Source: Bradymonadia bacterium
GTDB lineage: Bacteria > Myxococcota_A > Bradymonadia > UBA7976 > UBA1532
Length of the DNA stretch: 64,000 nt
Assembly (NCBI GenBank): GCA_046290225.1
Contig: JBKAGE010000036.1
Span: 352,001 to 416,000, forward strand
Reading direction: 5' to 3'
Part shown: in pieces, positions 9,830-19,849 of the stretch
Position numbering within the stretch: the first letter of the stretch is position 1
How the letters are laid out: the number at the start of each line of letters is the position of its first letter
Program-made: the position numbers and the translations under genes
The notes under the pieces: generated by a model
Seen by the model: the letters and a program-made list of their open reading frames with translations, nothing else
What the model was told of the DNA's origin: nothing
Database searches by the model: none

Positions 9830-10624
9830 TCAATCCAGCTTGAGCGCCCGCAACTCAGTCGGCCTCATCCAAGCACCCGCACCATTCGGGAGAATGATGC
9901 CCACCCAGCCCTCTTCCTCCCCACGCACTTGCACCTTCACCCCAGCGTACACCTCGGCCACCGTTTTGTAGTTCGACTCCGGGCCCACCTTGGCCAGGGC
10001 CTTGTCGGCGATCACGATGGCGTAGGTGTTCTGGCTCACCACCAACTCGCGACCCAGGATCAAGCCCCCGGACGCCAGAGCGCCGAGGCCGACCAGCACC
10101 GCCGAGAACATCAACGCAGTGCGGCGACCCCCCACGGCATAGCGAATGGCCAACAGCAGCGCGAAGAGTGTCGTCCAGAACACAGCCGCCATGATCGTCA
10201 GCGTGCTCGGAGACAACGCCATGAAGAGATCAGTGCTCGTATCTGACTGACCAGGCACGATGCGTTTTTGATCGCTGCCCTCAGCGCCGATGCGTTCGAG
10301 CACCTGATCGGTGACCACCTTGAGGTTGTGTTGCGCGTCGGCATCTTCGGGGCGCAACAGCAAGGCTTGCTCGAAGGCCCACACGGCCTTGCCCAGATCC
10401 CCTGCCCCAGCGTGGGCGTTGCCGAGATTGAAGTACACATCAGCATTGCGGACCCCGGCGTCGATCACCTGACCATAGGTGGCGATGGCCTGCCTGTGTT
10501 TGCCTTGCCAGAACGCCTCGTTGCCCGCCTTGAAGTCTTCGACAGGGCCGCCGTGGGCCAGAGTGGCTGTCAGCCCGAGGGCCAGGGTGATGATGCACGC
10601 TTTGAGCACAGCGCTTTTGCTCAT
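9830..10624 (-). CDS. BatE-like TPR + TM + SH3-like protein
   Basis: Signal peptide, TPR (DVYFNLGNAH...AVWAFEQALLLRPEDADAQHNL), two TM helices, SH3b-like C-terminus (GW..I.LPNG..GAW); last gene of the Bat-like operon. Confidence 0.82.
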   Translation of the reverse strand: MSKSAVLKACIITLALGLTATLAHGGPVEDFKAGNEAFWQGKHRQAIATYGQVIDAGVRNADVYFNLGNAHAGAGDLGKAVWAFEQALLLRPEDADAQHNLKVVTDQVLERIGAEGSDQKRIVPGQSDTSTDLFMALSPSTLTIMAAVFWTTLFALLLAIRYAVGGRRTALMFSAVLVGLGALASGGLILGRELVVSQNTYAIVIADKALAKVGPESNYKTVAEVYAGVKVQVRGEEEGWVGIILPNGAGAWMRPTELRALKLD

Positions 10625-12405
10625 GACAGCTCCTGCTCGGCCTGCTCGATGAGACCTCGGGCGCGGCCCAGGGCTTCTTGGAGCTCTCCAGAGCGGCTCC
10701 CTGTGGGGGCGAATCGCGCGAAGTCACAGTTCTCGAGCTCGTCAGCGAAGGCCTTTGCGAGGGCATCGCTCAGACCGTGTGCCTTCAGGCTCGCCATCAG
10801 CTGGGGCCGCGTGAGACCTTGGACGGGGGTACCGAAGCGCTGGCCCAGGTAGCCATTGAGCGCCTTGGCAATGCCCATGAAGCCCTCAGCCCCAGAGGCC
10901 GAGGCAATGCCCCCAAGCACCTTCTGAGCATCACCTGCGGCGGCCTGAACCGCCCGAGCCCCTGCCCCCTCACCGTGACGTGCTGCCATCCGCTCTCGGA
11001 TGATCAGCACCCCAAACAACATCGGTGGCAACAAGACGAAGGTAACGAAGAGTGGAGAGGCGTACATTGGGAGCCCCTCAGTGGCCAGGCTACTCTCGCC
11101 TCTGATGGTGCGCAGGCCAGCGCCAGGCTCTGTGGTGGTCTGAGCATCAGAGTGGGTGGCCACATCGTCCACTTCACCGCTCACCTCGATCGACAGCGGA
11201 CGAGTACGGGCGATGCGGTACTTGCCAGACACCGGGTCGAAGTAGGGCAGCTCGATCTGTGGAATCTTCAGCTTGCCCGTTCTCGTGGGCCGCAGCAACC
11301 ACGTCGCCGTGCGGGTGCCCTGCAGCTGATCACGGTGGACGTTGGCGTCCTGGTTCTTGGTCGGATCGAAGACCTTGAAGCCCGGCAGATCAGGCAGCTC
11401 CAGCTCCGGCACGTTCTGCAGCAGACCCTTCACGCGGGTGAGGATCGTCAGTTGCACACCCTGGTTGCCCTTGATGCGTGTGCGATCCACCTTGGCGATC
11501 AGGTTGATGCGCCCCACAGCAGGCCCTGAGAACCCCTTGGGGCGCTTGGCCGAGGGCAGCGGCTTGACCTCGAGCTTCAGCTCGGGGGCCGTCCGAGTGA
11601 TGGCGCGGCTGCCGCGACCAAACCCCGCTCGGGCATCCATCGACACTTCCACCTCGGGCAGGCTCAGCTGGCCGGCTTTGAGGGGAAACAGCACATACCG
11701 ATTGCTCTGCTGCCGCACATAGGATCGACCGTTCACGGTCACCGTCCGCGCCCGCTCGTTGCGACCGTTCACCGGCTGATTCCAGAAGCCCTCGAGGTTG
11801 ATGTTGCTCGACCCGGTGGGGTTGATGCTGAGGCGGCGATTCACATAGAAGACCAGGCTGGCGTTCACCTGCTCGCCGAGCCAGGGATTCTCCTTGTCGA
11901 CCTCCCATCGCAAGAAGACCAGCTCGTCGGTCCCGTCAGATCCAGTCTTGCTGTCTCCGAAGATGCCCTGTGGTGAAGGTGGTGCCGGACCGTCGCCGGT
12001 GACTTTGATGGTGACAGGCTGACTCTTGTGCACCTGCCCACCGGACTTCAGAGAAAACGCGCCGATGGTGAGATCGCCCACCCCTTCGGGGCGCATGGTG
12101 AGATCGATGGTGGTCTGTCGCTGACCGCTGATGCCGTCGAACCGCATCTGGCGACTCTGATTGGTGACGCTCCACTGCCCCAGAGGAGGCATCTCCACGT
12201 CACCGCCGCCGCGACCGCCCTGACGCACGACGACCCGCAGACGCATGGTCTGTCCATAGGCGATGGAGCGGGCGCTCACCTGTACCTGAATGGAGGGCTT
12301 CTGGGCGCTGCCCTTCGGCTGGGCCATGGCGAAGCTGCACAGGCCGAGGCACGCCGACAGGGCGAGGGCCCACACTGACACAGATCTGAGCGCAGAGGTG
12401 CTCAC
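10621..12405 (-). CDS. BatD-family protein
   Basis: Signal peptide, repeated Ig-like BatD segments (LFPLKAGQLSLP; VKPLPS..RP.GFSG.AVG; LPYFDPVSGKY), C-terminal TM and CDFARFAP. Confidence 0.88.
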   Translation of the reverse strand: MSTSALRSVSVWALALSACLGLCSFAMAQPKGSAQKPSIQVQVSARSIAYGQTMRLRVVVRQGGRGGGDVEMPPLGQWSVTNQSRQMRFDGISGQRQTTIDLTMRPEGVGDLTIGAFSLKSGGQVHKSQPVTIKVTGDGPAPPSPQGIFGDSKTGSDGTDELVFLRWEVDKENPWLGEQVNASLVFYVNRRLSINPTGSSNINLEGFWNQPVNGRNERARTVTVNGRSYVRQQSNRYVLFPLKAGQLSLPEVEVSMDARAGFGRGSRAITRTAPELKLEVKPLPSAKRPKGFSGPAVGRINLIAKVDRTRIKGNQGVQLTILTRVKGLLQNVPELELPDLPGFKVFDPTKNQDANVHRDQLQGTRTATWLLRPTRTGKLKIPQIELPYFDPVSGKYRIARTRPLSIEVSGEVDDVATHSDAQTTTEPGAGLRTIRGESSLATEGLPMYASPLFVTFVLLPPMLFGVLIIRERMAARHGEGAGARAVQAAAGDAQKVLGGIASASGAEGFMGIAKALNGYLGQRFGTPVQGLTRPQLMASLKAHGLSDALAKAFADELENCDFARFAPTGSRSGELQEALGRARGLIEQAEQELS

Positions 12406-12408
12406 AGC

Positions 12409-14325
12409 TCAGTAGTCCTCCATCTGGGGCACTGAAGGCAGGTTGCGCAACATCTTCTCGAGCTGGGGGTTCCCTGGCTGCTCGTCGAGGGCGTCGATGA
12501 GTTGTTGTACGTCCACCTGCTCTTCATCTTTGGGCTGCTGTTCTTGGTCCTGTTGCTCATCCTGATCCTGATCTTGTTGCTGATCCTGATCCTGTTGCTG
12601 GTCCTGATCCTGTTGGTCCTGCTGCTCATCCTGATCTTGTTGATCCTGATTTTGCTGCTGGTCCTGGTTCTGATCCTGGCCAGACTCCTGGGGCGGCTTG
12701 AAGGTGACGTCGTAGGTGTTCTCTTTCTCTGCGGTGGTCACCCTGGCGAGGAACACACGCTCGTCGTCGGCCTCTTTGAAGCTGAGCATCTGGCCTTGCT
12801 GGTTCTGGCGAGCTTTGCGCAGCATGGTCTTGCCGTCTACATCGTAGAGCTCGACGTCGAGCAGCGCCCGCTCGGTGTCGTGGACCACGGTGAACTCCAT
12901 GGCCTCGTCGGCGGGGACCGTGAACTTGAACCAGTCAGCATCCCCGACACACGACTTCAGGCCACGAACGGCTTCTCCTTCGACGGCTGTGGCAGCATCG
13001 GGTACGTCGTTCTCTTCGTGGGCATCGTCGGCGGGGCACGGCGGCGCCACCTCGACCTTCACGGTGTAGTTCAGCTCACCACGACCTTTGCCCATGATGC
13101 GAAACGCCCAGGTGCCTTCTTCGTCGACGATGCGCACCCCGAGGCGGGCCTTGCCCTTGACGAACTTCGAGACGTTGGCCAGTCGCATGCCCGCCTCGGT
13201 AGGCTGGTACAGCAGAACCTCGGCCTCTCGCTCTGCCCCCCAGGCCTCGTCGACCTCGCCGCTCACGGTGACGAAGAGCCCCTCGTTGACCCCCACCGGC
13301 ACGGCGAACCAGTCCTCGTCGTCGGGACAAAGAATGTACTCCGCAGGCTGGGGCTCCTCGCCCTGACCCGGAGGCGCCCCAGGTTGGCCCTGGGCCTGTG
13401 TGGGAGGCAGCGGTGGCTTGGCCTGGAACAACGAGTCGTCTTCCTCGTGGGGATCATCCCGCTCGGCGCAGGGGGGCAGCGCCTCGAGGGTGATGCCATA
13501 GCTGATCTCGGCCTTGCCGGGACCGGCGAGCTGCACCAGCCAGGTCCCCGAGGTGGGCAGCTCCGCCACGCCGATACGCGCCTCACCGCCCTCAAGCTTC
13601 ACAGTGCGCATGGGCGCATTGCCGTTGGGGGCGTAGAGGTTCACCACCGCATCGCGGGTGTCGTCTTCTTCGGCCTCGATCGAATGGTTGATCACCACCC
13701 GGAGAGCGCCACCGGCCTGAGCCTCCACGGCGTACCAGTCCTCGTCCGCAGGGCACAGCAGCCGATCTTTCTGGGGGCCTTCCTGCTCGGCGTCCTGTGG
13801 AGGTGCCTCGAGGGGCTTTGCCTGGCCCCGGGCGTCGTCGGGCTCGTGATCATCGTCCCGGACCGAGCACGGCGGATGCAGCTTGAACCACGCCAGCTCG
13901 AGGTTCCAACGCGCGTCTTCGTCCTCGGGGTGGATTTTGAGGACCTCCCCAAAGAGACGATGGGCCTTGGACCAGTCTTCTTTCTCAAGGGCCAGCAGGC
14001 CCCGGGCGAACGCGATGCGGGCCTTGAGGTCGAGCAGCTCTGGGGGTTTGGGATCTTCGGCCTCGATGAGAGCATCGAGGGTCTGCCGCCACGCCAAATC
14101 GAGTGAGGTGCTCGCGGCCTCGCCGTTGTCCGTGGCCATTTGAGCGAGGCCCCGGGCGAAGTGCACTTCTGGGGCATCGTCGTCCACGCGGCCGAGGGCG
14201 TCGATGGCCCCCTGGCCATCCTGTGCAGCGAGGCGCCGCCCCGCCTCGTCCACATCTCCATCGGCGCAGACAAAGGGCCCGAAACCCACAAGCCAGAGCG
14301 CAGTCAACGCGATCTTGAGCCTCAC
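12409..14325 (-). CDS. BatC-position protein: TPR, three PPC-like repeats, Gln/Asp-rich tail
   Basis: PEDEDARWNLELA TPR end; three PPC..DD.HE.(D/N)D...C..D.DW repeats; QD-rich tail ending EDY; located between batB- and batD-like genes. Confidence 0.72.
   Translation of the reverse strand: MRLKIALTALWLVGFGPFVCADGDVDEAGRRLAAQDGQGAIDALGRVDDDAPEVHFARGLAQMATDNGEAASTSLDLAWRQTLDALIEAEDPKPPELLDLKARIAFARGLLALEKEDWSKAHRLFGEVLKIHPEDEDARWNLELAWFKLHPPCSVRDDDHEPDDARGQAKPLEAPPQDAEQEGPQKDRLLCPADEDWYAVEAQAGGALRVVINHSIEAEEDDTRDAVVNLYAPNGNAPMRTVKLEGGEARIGVAELPTSGTWLVQLAGPGKAEISYGITLEALPPCAERDDPHEEDDSLFQAKPPLPPTQAQGQPGAPPGQGEEPQPAEYILCPDDEDWFAVPVGVNEGLFVTVSGEVDEAWGAEREAEVLLYQPTEAGMRLANVSKFVKGKARLGVRIVDEEGTWAFRIMGKGRGELNYTVKVEVAPPCPADDAHEENDVPDAATAVEGEAVRGLKSCVGDADWFKFTVPADEAMEFTVVHDTERALLDVELYDVDGKTMLRKARQNQQGQMLSFKEADDERVFLARVTTAEKENTYDVTFKPPQESGQDQNQDQQQNQDQQDQDEQQDQQDQDQQQDQDQQQDQDQDEQQDQEQQPKDEEQVDVQQLIDALDEQPGNPQLEKMLRNLPSVPQMEDY
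12536..12680 (-). repeat. Low-complexity CAG/GAT(C) repeats encoding (QDQQQ)n
   Basis: Repeated TGATCCTG/TGCTG units within the CDS. Confidence 0.8.
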
Positions 14326-15389
14326 GAGACCACCTCCTGCCGGCGGCGCTCACGGATCCAGAGCTCAGCGATCAACAACAGCAACGCCGGGCCCAGGATG
14401 TACTGGTACTTCTCCCCGAAGGCCTGCCGCAGGCTGCTCTCCATCACCGCCCGTTGCAACGTGCCCAGGGCGGCGATGAGCTCGTCGGCCACAGGGGTGC
14501 TGCCGTCGAACTGGAATACCCGTGGATCATCGATGGCCTCGGGATCAGCGAGATCGGCCAGCTGTTCGAGCAGCTCGATGTTGAGCTGGCTGTAGATCGG
14601 CTTGCCGCTGGAGTCCTTCTGATAGCCCGCGTGGGTGCCGTCCTCGGCGACAATGGGGATCGGCTCCCCAAGCTTGGTGCCCACAGCGACGGCAAAGATC
14701 CTCACGCCCGCCTCGGCGGCTTCCTTGGCGGCGGCCTGAGCGGCCTCGCCCTTGTCGCGAGCAACATCTTCGCCATCAGTGATGAGCAAGATCACCCGGC
14801 TACGCTGCCCGCCCTCGTCGGCCTTGTCACCCACACTGGTGAGCAGGCGCAGGCTCTCTCGGATGGCCATGGCGAGGTGGGTTCCGCCCACAGGCATCTT
14901 CTGTGGGTCGAGGCTGTTCATGTAGAGCTTGATGGCGCTGTCGTCGTGGGTCAGCGGGCTCTGGGTGAACGCCACCCCCGCGAAGGGCACCAAAGCCACT
15001 CGATCACCGGTGAGGCGCTCGATGAGGGTCAACAGCTGGCTGCGAGCGGCGCTGATCCGTGAAGGCGACACGTCGCGGGCAAGCATCGACTTGCTGATGT
15101 CGAAGGCCACGGCGATGTCCATGCCAGTGCGCTTGAGGGTGCGCGGCTGCACGCCGAACTGCGGGCGTAAGAACGCGAAGACCATCAGGCAGAGGGCGAG
15201 GCCGGTGAGCAGCTGCTTGAGCAGCCGCGCTTCGGGGTTGAACCGGGCCAGGAGTCGCTGCACCAGAGGGTGGCGGCCGAGCTGAGCCACAAGGGCTTTG
15301 TGCCGCACCGAGGCATAGACCCACAGGCCCGCAGCGATGACCGGCAGGGCCCACAGCCACCACCACGCGTCGTCGGCGCCGAACCTCAT
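14322..15389 (-). CDS. BatB-like VWA-domain membrane protein
   Basis: MIDAS DISKSM, LITDGED, RPQFG, N- and C-terminal TM helices. Confidence 0.9.
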   Translation of the reverse strand: MRFGADDAWWWLWALPVIAAGLWVYASVRHKALVAQLGRHPLVQRLLARFNPEARLLKQLLTGLALCLMVFAFLRPQFGVQPRTLKRTGMDIAVAFDISKSMLARDVSPSRISAARSQLLTLIERLTGDRVALVPFAGVAFTQSPLTHDDSAIKLYMNSLDPQKMPVGGTHLAMAIRESLRLLTSVGDKADEGGQRSRVILLITDGEDVARDKGEAAQAAAKEAAEAGVRIFAVAVGTKLGEPIPIVAEDGTHAGYQKDSSGKPIYSQLNIELLEQLADLADPEAIDDPRVFQFDGSTPVADELIAALGTLQRAVMESSLRQAFGEKYQYILGPALLLLIAELWIRERRRQEVVS

Positions 15390-15435
15390 CTCATCTTCTC
15401 CATGACACAGTTCGAGGGCGTACGGCGTGTGCTCG

Positions 15436-16509
15436 TCATGGGAACCTCCGCAGTACGGTCTGGCTGAGCAGCACCTCGAGGAACAACAGCAACAGCGCAG
15501 GGAACAGCGCCCAGTGGAAAGCCTCGGTCCGCTCCGCAGCGGCGAGATCCACCAGGCGGCTCTTCTCGAACCGATCGAGAATGTCCTGGAAGTCTTCGGC
15601 GAGCTTCTTCTTGTCTGTGGCCCGGTAGAAGGTGCCGTCAGTGACCTGAGCGATCTCCTCGAGCAGGGCTGGATTCACCGGGGACGTCACCTTCTGGTAC
15701 ACCGGCTGCTGCGTGAACATGTCCACCCGCCCCGTGGGCTGACGGGACTGATCGTCGGTCCCCACCAGAATCGGGAACACGTGCACCTTCTGTCGAGCGG
15801 CCTCCTTGGCCATCTCCAAGGGAGACACGTTGCTCCCGTTGTCCTCGCCATCAGTGAGCAGGATCACCAGTCGGGTCTTGGCCTCGCTCTCTTTGAGGCG
15901 GGCGAGGCTCATGGCCAGGGCGTTGCCGATGGCCGTGGCCGAGCCGTCGATGTCGTCGAGGGCCATCTGATCGAGTATCCGCAGCATCACCGCGTAATCG
16001 AGGGTGAGCGGGAACATCAAGAAGGCCTGCTTGCCAAAGGCCACGAGACTGATGCGGTCGTACTTTCGCGACTTGACGAAGTCCCGCATGACGTCGGTGG
16101 CGATGGCGAACCGATCTTGCGGCGCCTCGCCTCTGGACAACAGATCGGCGAGCTCGGCGTCGGTGATGTCCACCATGGCCATGGAGCCGGAGAAGTCGAA
16201 GGCCACCACGATGTCGATGCCTTCGACCTCGGCGGTCTCGGCCTCGGTGAGCTGAGGCCTTGTGAGCGCCAGCAGCCCCAAGAGAATGGCTCCGAATCGC
16301 AAGGCGAGGGGTAGGTGAACCAGCCTGACCTTCCAGCCCGGGTTCACCCCCTTTAGCCGGCGCTCGGCGGGGAACTTCATGCCCGGGGTGCGACCACGCC
16401 GATCGCGCCAGACGATGAGCGCGGTGACGACGGCGAAGAGGGACAACAGCCCGAAGACCACCCAGAACCACACAGGGTAGTCAGGCCACACCAGATGCTC
16501 GGTGCTCAT
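15436..16509 (-). CDS. BatA-like VWA-domain membrane protein
   Basis: EGIDIVVAFDFSGSM, TAIGNAL, VILLTDGEDN, C-terminal LRRFP. Confidence 0.92.
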   Translation of the reverse strand: MSTEHLVWPDYPVWFWVVFGLLSLFAVVTALIVWRDRRGRTPGMKFPAERRLKGVNPGWKVRLVHLPLALRFGAILLGLLALTRPQLTEAETAEVEGIDIVVAFDFSGSMAMVDITDAELADLLSRGEAPQDRFAIATDVMRDFVKSRKYDRISLVAFGKQAFLMFPLTLDYAVMLRILDQMALDDIDGSATAIGNALAMSLARLKESEAKTRLVILLTDGEDNGSNVSPLEMAKEAARQKVHVFPILVGTDDQSRQPTGRVDMFTQQPVYQKVTSPVNPALLEEIAQVTDGTFYRATDKKKLAEDFQDILDRFEKSRLVDLAAAERTEAFHWALFPALLLLFLEVLLSQTVLRRFP

Positions 16510-17759
16510 GTGGATGCCTCCTCTTCTGCCTCAGAGGGCTCTTCAGGGGACGCCACGATGAGGTGTGTCTTGGCAGAGGGGGGCTCTACGACAGGCGCTT
16601 CCGAGGGCGCCACGGGGGTGTCGGGCACACGGGTCAGCTCCACGATGCCCCGGGCCGCCCGCATCACGGTGTCGATGGCGCTCTCACTCGGCGCGAAGCC
16701 CGCAAACTTCACCAGGTCAGACTCGGCGAGGAAGTCTTCCACAGCTTGATGCCCCTCCACCGAGAGCGAGAGCTCGGGCAACTTGGACCGGATCTCGTCG
16801 GTGGTCATCTCCAGGGCATAGAAGCCGAACCGGCGCTCGAAGTAGTCGCGGATGATCTCGGAAAGACGCGAGTAGTACTGCTTGATGAGGCCCTCGGCGG
16901 GCAGGCCCTGCTCCTCGAGCTCAACGAGGGCGGCGAGGGCGATGACGTGGGCTGGTCGCGGATCGACCCACGGCGCTTCTTCCACCTCGCGCTGGTCGAG
17001 CCAGCGCCGTACGGCCCAGGCAATGGCGAAGCCGATCCCACCGGCGCCGAAGACGATGAGGGCGATGATGAGCGGCCAGTTGGTGATGAGATATGGCGTG
17101 GGGCCATGGGCTGACCAGAACGCCGACACCGCCGCTTGGTCAGCTTCGGAGAGCGCGGGCTTCTCTTCACCCTCTGCAACGCTCTGCTGGGGCGCGCGGC
17201 CCAGCGGCTCGGAGAGCGTACGGAAGCGCGTATCCAGCTGACCGGCGGTGGTGAGCGTGATCGGCACCACCATGCCCGCGACGTCGACATGGCCCACAGC
17301 GCCGTCGGGCTCGTGCCAGGTCAGGGTGAGGGTGGGCACCTTGACGTCTCGGGGTGTGAGGCTGGTGATGGAGAACCGACGCACCCACTGACGCTTGCCA
17401 TCGGGCAACACTTTCGTGCCTGCTCCCGAGGCAGCACCTGCCTTAGAGGCCCCAGGGGCATCGATGCTCTTCACCGTGGACAAGCCCACGCTGGCGGGCA
17501 CGGGCACTTCGACCCGTACACCGTCAGGCGCCACGGCGGTGAGGGTGCACACAAGAGGCTCCCCCATCTTCACGGGGTTGGGACCGCACTCGAGCGTCGC
17601 CTCGGGCGGCGGGCCCTTTGCTGGTGGCGGCGGCGCAGGCTCAGCGGCGGCGGGCTGCCCAGTGGCGGGCTGCACAGTGGCGGGCTGCCCAGTGGCGGTG
17701 GGCGTCCCCCCCGCGTCAGGGGCCAGCAGGGCCACGAGGAGGGGCAATACGATGCTCAT
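16506..17759 (-). CDS. Bat-operon membrane protein (BatD-like / DUF4381-like)
   Basis: Central TM, then PAHVIAL..L, YYSRLSEIIRDYFERRFG..ALEMTTDE, DLVKFA, typical of the gene following DUF58. Confidence 0.8.
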   Translation of the reverse strand: MSIVLPLLVALLAPDAGGTPTATGQPATVQPATGQPAAAEPAPPPPAKGPPPEATLECGPNPVKMGEPLVCTLTAVAPDGVRVEVPVPASVGLSTVKSIDAPGASKAGAASGAGTKVLPDGKRQWVRRFSITSLTPRDVKVPTLTLTWHEPDGAVGHVDVAGMVVPITLTTAGQLDTRFRTLSEPLGRAPQQSVAEGEEKPALSEADQAAVSAFWSAHGPTPYLITNWPLIIALIVFGAGGIGFAIAWAVRRWLDQREVEEAPWVDPRPAHVIALAALVELEEQGLPAEGLIKQYYSRLSEIIRDYFERRFGFYALEMTTDEIRSKLPELSLSVEGHQAVEDFLAESDLVKFAGFAPSESAIDTVMRAARGIVELTRVPDTPVAPSEAPVVEPPSAKTHLIVASPEEPSEAEEEAST

Positions 17760-18643
17760 CAGCCTCTCCTTGCCCGCAGTCGGAAATAGTCCACCAGAGG
17801 CCCGGCGAAATCTCGAGCGTCAGTGCTCACCCGGATCGGGCTCACGCGATAGCGTCTGAGATCGGAATCCCGGGCCTGGCGGGCCTGGGCCTGACGATCG
17901 GCGTACCCCTTCCGCACGCTGGCATCGCCGGTGTCGAGGGCCATGAGGGCCCCGGTCTCCGCGTCCTCGAGCATGAGCAGCCCCAAATCGGGCAGCTCGA
18001 GCTCTGCAGGATCTTCCACTGTCATGGGAATGAGATCGTGTCGCCGGGCGGCGACGTGCAGGGGGCGCTGGTAGCCCTCGTCGAGGAAGTCCGAGATCAG
18101 GAACACGATGGCCTTGCGCCGGGCCACTCGGCCCACGAACTCCATCGCCGCGCCGATGTCAGTCCCCTGCCCCGATCCTTCCAAGGTCAGGATCTCGTCG
18201 ATGAGGCGCAGCACGTGCTTGCGGCCCTTCTTCGGGGGCACGTAGCGCTCCACGGTGTCGGTGAAGGCCACGAGGCCCACGCGATCACCGTTCTTGATGG
18301 CGGAGAAGGCCATGAGGGCCGACAGCTTCGCCGCCACCACCCGCTTCTCGTCGCGGGCGGTGCCGAAGCCCATCGAGCCCGACATGTCGACGACGAGCAG
18401 CACCGTGAGCTCGCGCTCTTCGGTGAAGGTCTTGATGTGGGGCTGCCCGGTCCGGGCGGTGACGTTCCAATCGATCACGCGGGGATCGTCACCGGGGGTG
18501 TATGGACGCACCTCGTCGAAGGCCATGCCCCGGCCCTTGAAGACCGAGTGGTACTGACCAGCCATCTGCTCAGTCACCAGCCTGCGGGTGACGATCTCGA
18601 TGCGTCTGATCTCGGCGAGCAGCTCTCGGGAGAGGGCAGCCAT
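17759..18643 (-). CDS. DUF58 family protein
   Basis: SVFKGRGMAFDEVRPYTPGDDPRVIDWNVTAR, EEREL, DMSGSM, ISDF. Confidence 0.95.
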   Translation of the reverse strand: MAALSRELLAEIRRIEIVTRRLVTEQMAGQYHSVFKGRGMAFDEVRPYTPGDDPRVIDWNVTARTGQPHIKTFTEERELTVLLVVDMSGSMGFGTARDEKRVVAAKLSALMAFSAIKNGDRVGLVAFTDTVERYVPPKKGRKHVLRLIDEILTLEGSGQGTDIGAAMEFVGRVARRKAIVFLISDFLDEGYQRPLHVAARRHDLIPMTVEDPAELELPDLGLLMLEDAETGALMALDTGDASVRKGYADRQAQARQARDSDLRRYRVSPIRVSTDARDFAGPLVDYFRLRARRG

Positions 18644-19623
18644 CAGGGGACCTCCACCACCTCCAACACCCGGGAGACGATGGTGTCGGCGTCGATCTCC
18701 TCGGCCTCGGCCTCGTAGGTGGGGATCACGCGGTGGCGCAGGATGTCGGGGGCGATGGCCTTGATGTCTTCTGGCAGCACGTAGGCCCGGTGCTTCATGA
18801 AGGCGTGGGCCCGTGCGGCCTTGGCCAGGGCGATGCTGGCCCGGGGGCTGGCCCCGTACTGGATCATGCGAGCAAAGCTCTCGAGCCCCTTGGTTTCGCC
18901 GGGGTTCCGGGTGGCGAAGACCACATCGAGGATGTACCCCTTCACCTTGTCATCCACGTAGATCTCGTTCACCACCTTGCGGGCGTTCAGGATCCGCTCG
19001 GGGGTGATGATCGGCCGCACCTGAGGCGGGGTCGGGTCGAGCTGGCGGGTGATGATCTCCGCCTCCTCTTCACGGCTGGGGTAGCCCACCTTCACCATGA
19101 GGGTGAAACGGTCCACCTGAGCCTCGGGCAACGGGTACGTGCCCTCCTGATCGAGGGGGTTCTGGGTCGCCATCACGATGAAGGGCGACTCCAGAGGATA
19201 GGTGGTGTCGCCGAGGGTGACCTGCTTCTCCTGCATGGCCTCGAGCAGGGCGCTCTGCACCTTCGCCGGGGCGCGGTTGATCTCGTCGGCCAGCACGATG
19301 TTGGCGAAGATCGGGCCCTTCTTCGGAGAGAACTCACCTGAGTTCGGGTGGTAGATCATCGTCCCCACGAGGTCGGCGGGGAGCAGGTCGGGGGTGAACT
19401 GGATGCGCTGAAACTTCGCATCCAGGGTCGACGCGAGGGTGTTCACCGTGAGGGTCTTGGCGAGGCCGGGTACACCCTCGAGGAGCACGTGGCCCCCGGT
19501 GAGCAGACCCAGGATCACCCGCTCCACCATGTACGTCTGGCCGACGATGACCTTGTTGACCTCGTTGACCACCTCGTCGACGAAGGCGCTCTCCTGTCGA
19601 ACCAGCTCTCTGACGTCCTGCAC
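18643..19623 (-). CDS. moxR: MoxR-family AAA+ ATPase
   Basis: HVLLEGVPGLAKT, RIQFTPDLLPAD, LADEINRAPAKVQSALLEAM, ATQNP, EGTYPLPEAQVDRF, GASPRA. Confidence 0.96.
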   Translation of the reverse strand: MQDVRELVRQESAFVDEVVNEVNKVIVGQTYMVERVILGLLTGGHVLLEGVPGLAKTLTVNTLASTLDAKFQRIQFTPDLLPADLVGTMIYHPNSGEFSPKKGPIFANIVLADEINRAPAKVQSALLEAMQEKQVTLGDTTYPLESPFIVMATQNPLDQEGTYPLPEAQVDRFTLMVKVGYPSREEEAEIITRQLDPTPPQVRPIITPERILNARKVVNEIYVDDKVKGYILDVVFATRNPGETKGLESFARMIQYGASPRASIALAKAARAHAFMKHRAYVLPEDIKAIAPDILRHRVIPTYEAEAEEIDADTIVSRVLEVVEVP

Positions 19624-19849
19624 CGCGTGACCTCTCAGTGTGCGTGCCCCCGGGGTTCACCGGCGGGTTTTCGAGTGAATGATGTGCGTAATTTGCGTTC
19701 CGGCAACCGACGGGCGACGGCGGTTATTCCCTAAGGTCGCTCACCACGCCTGCGCCGTGCGCAGCAGTGCTCTATACACCGACACGGCGATGTCAACATC
19801 ATGAATGTCATGAGAGGCGCCCCGGCCCGTCGTGGTATAGTCCCGCGCC

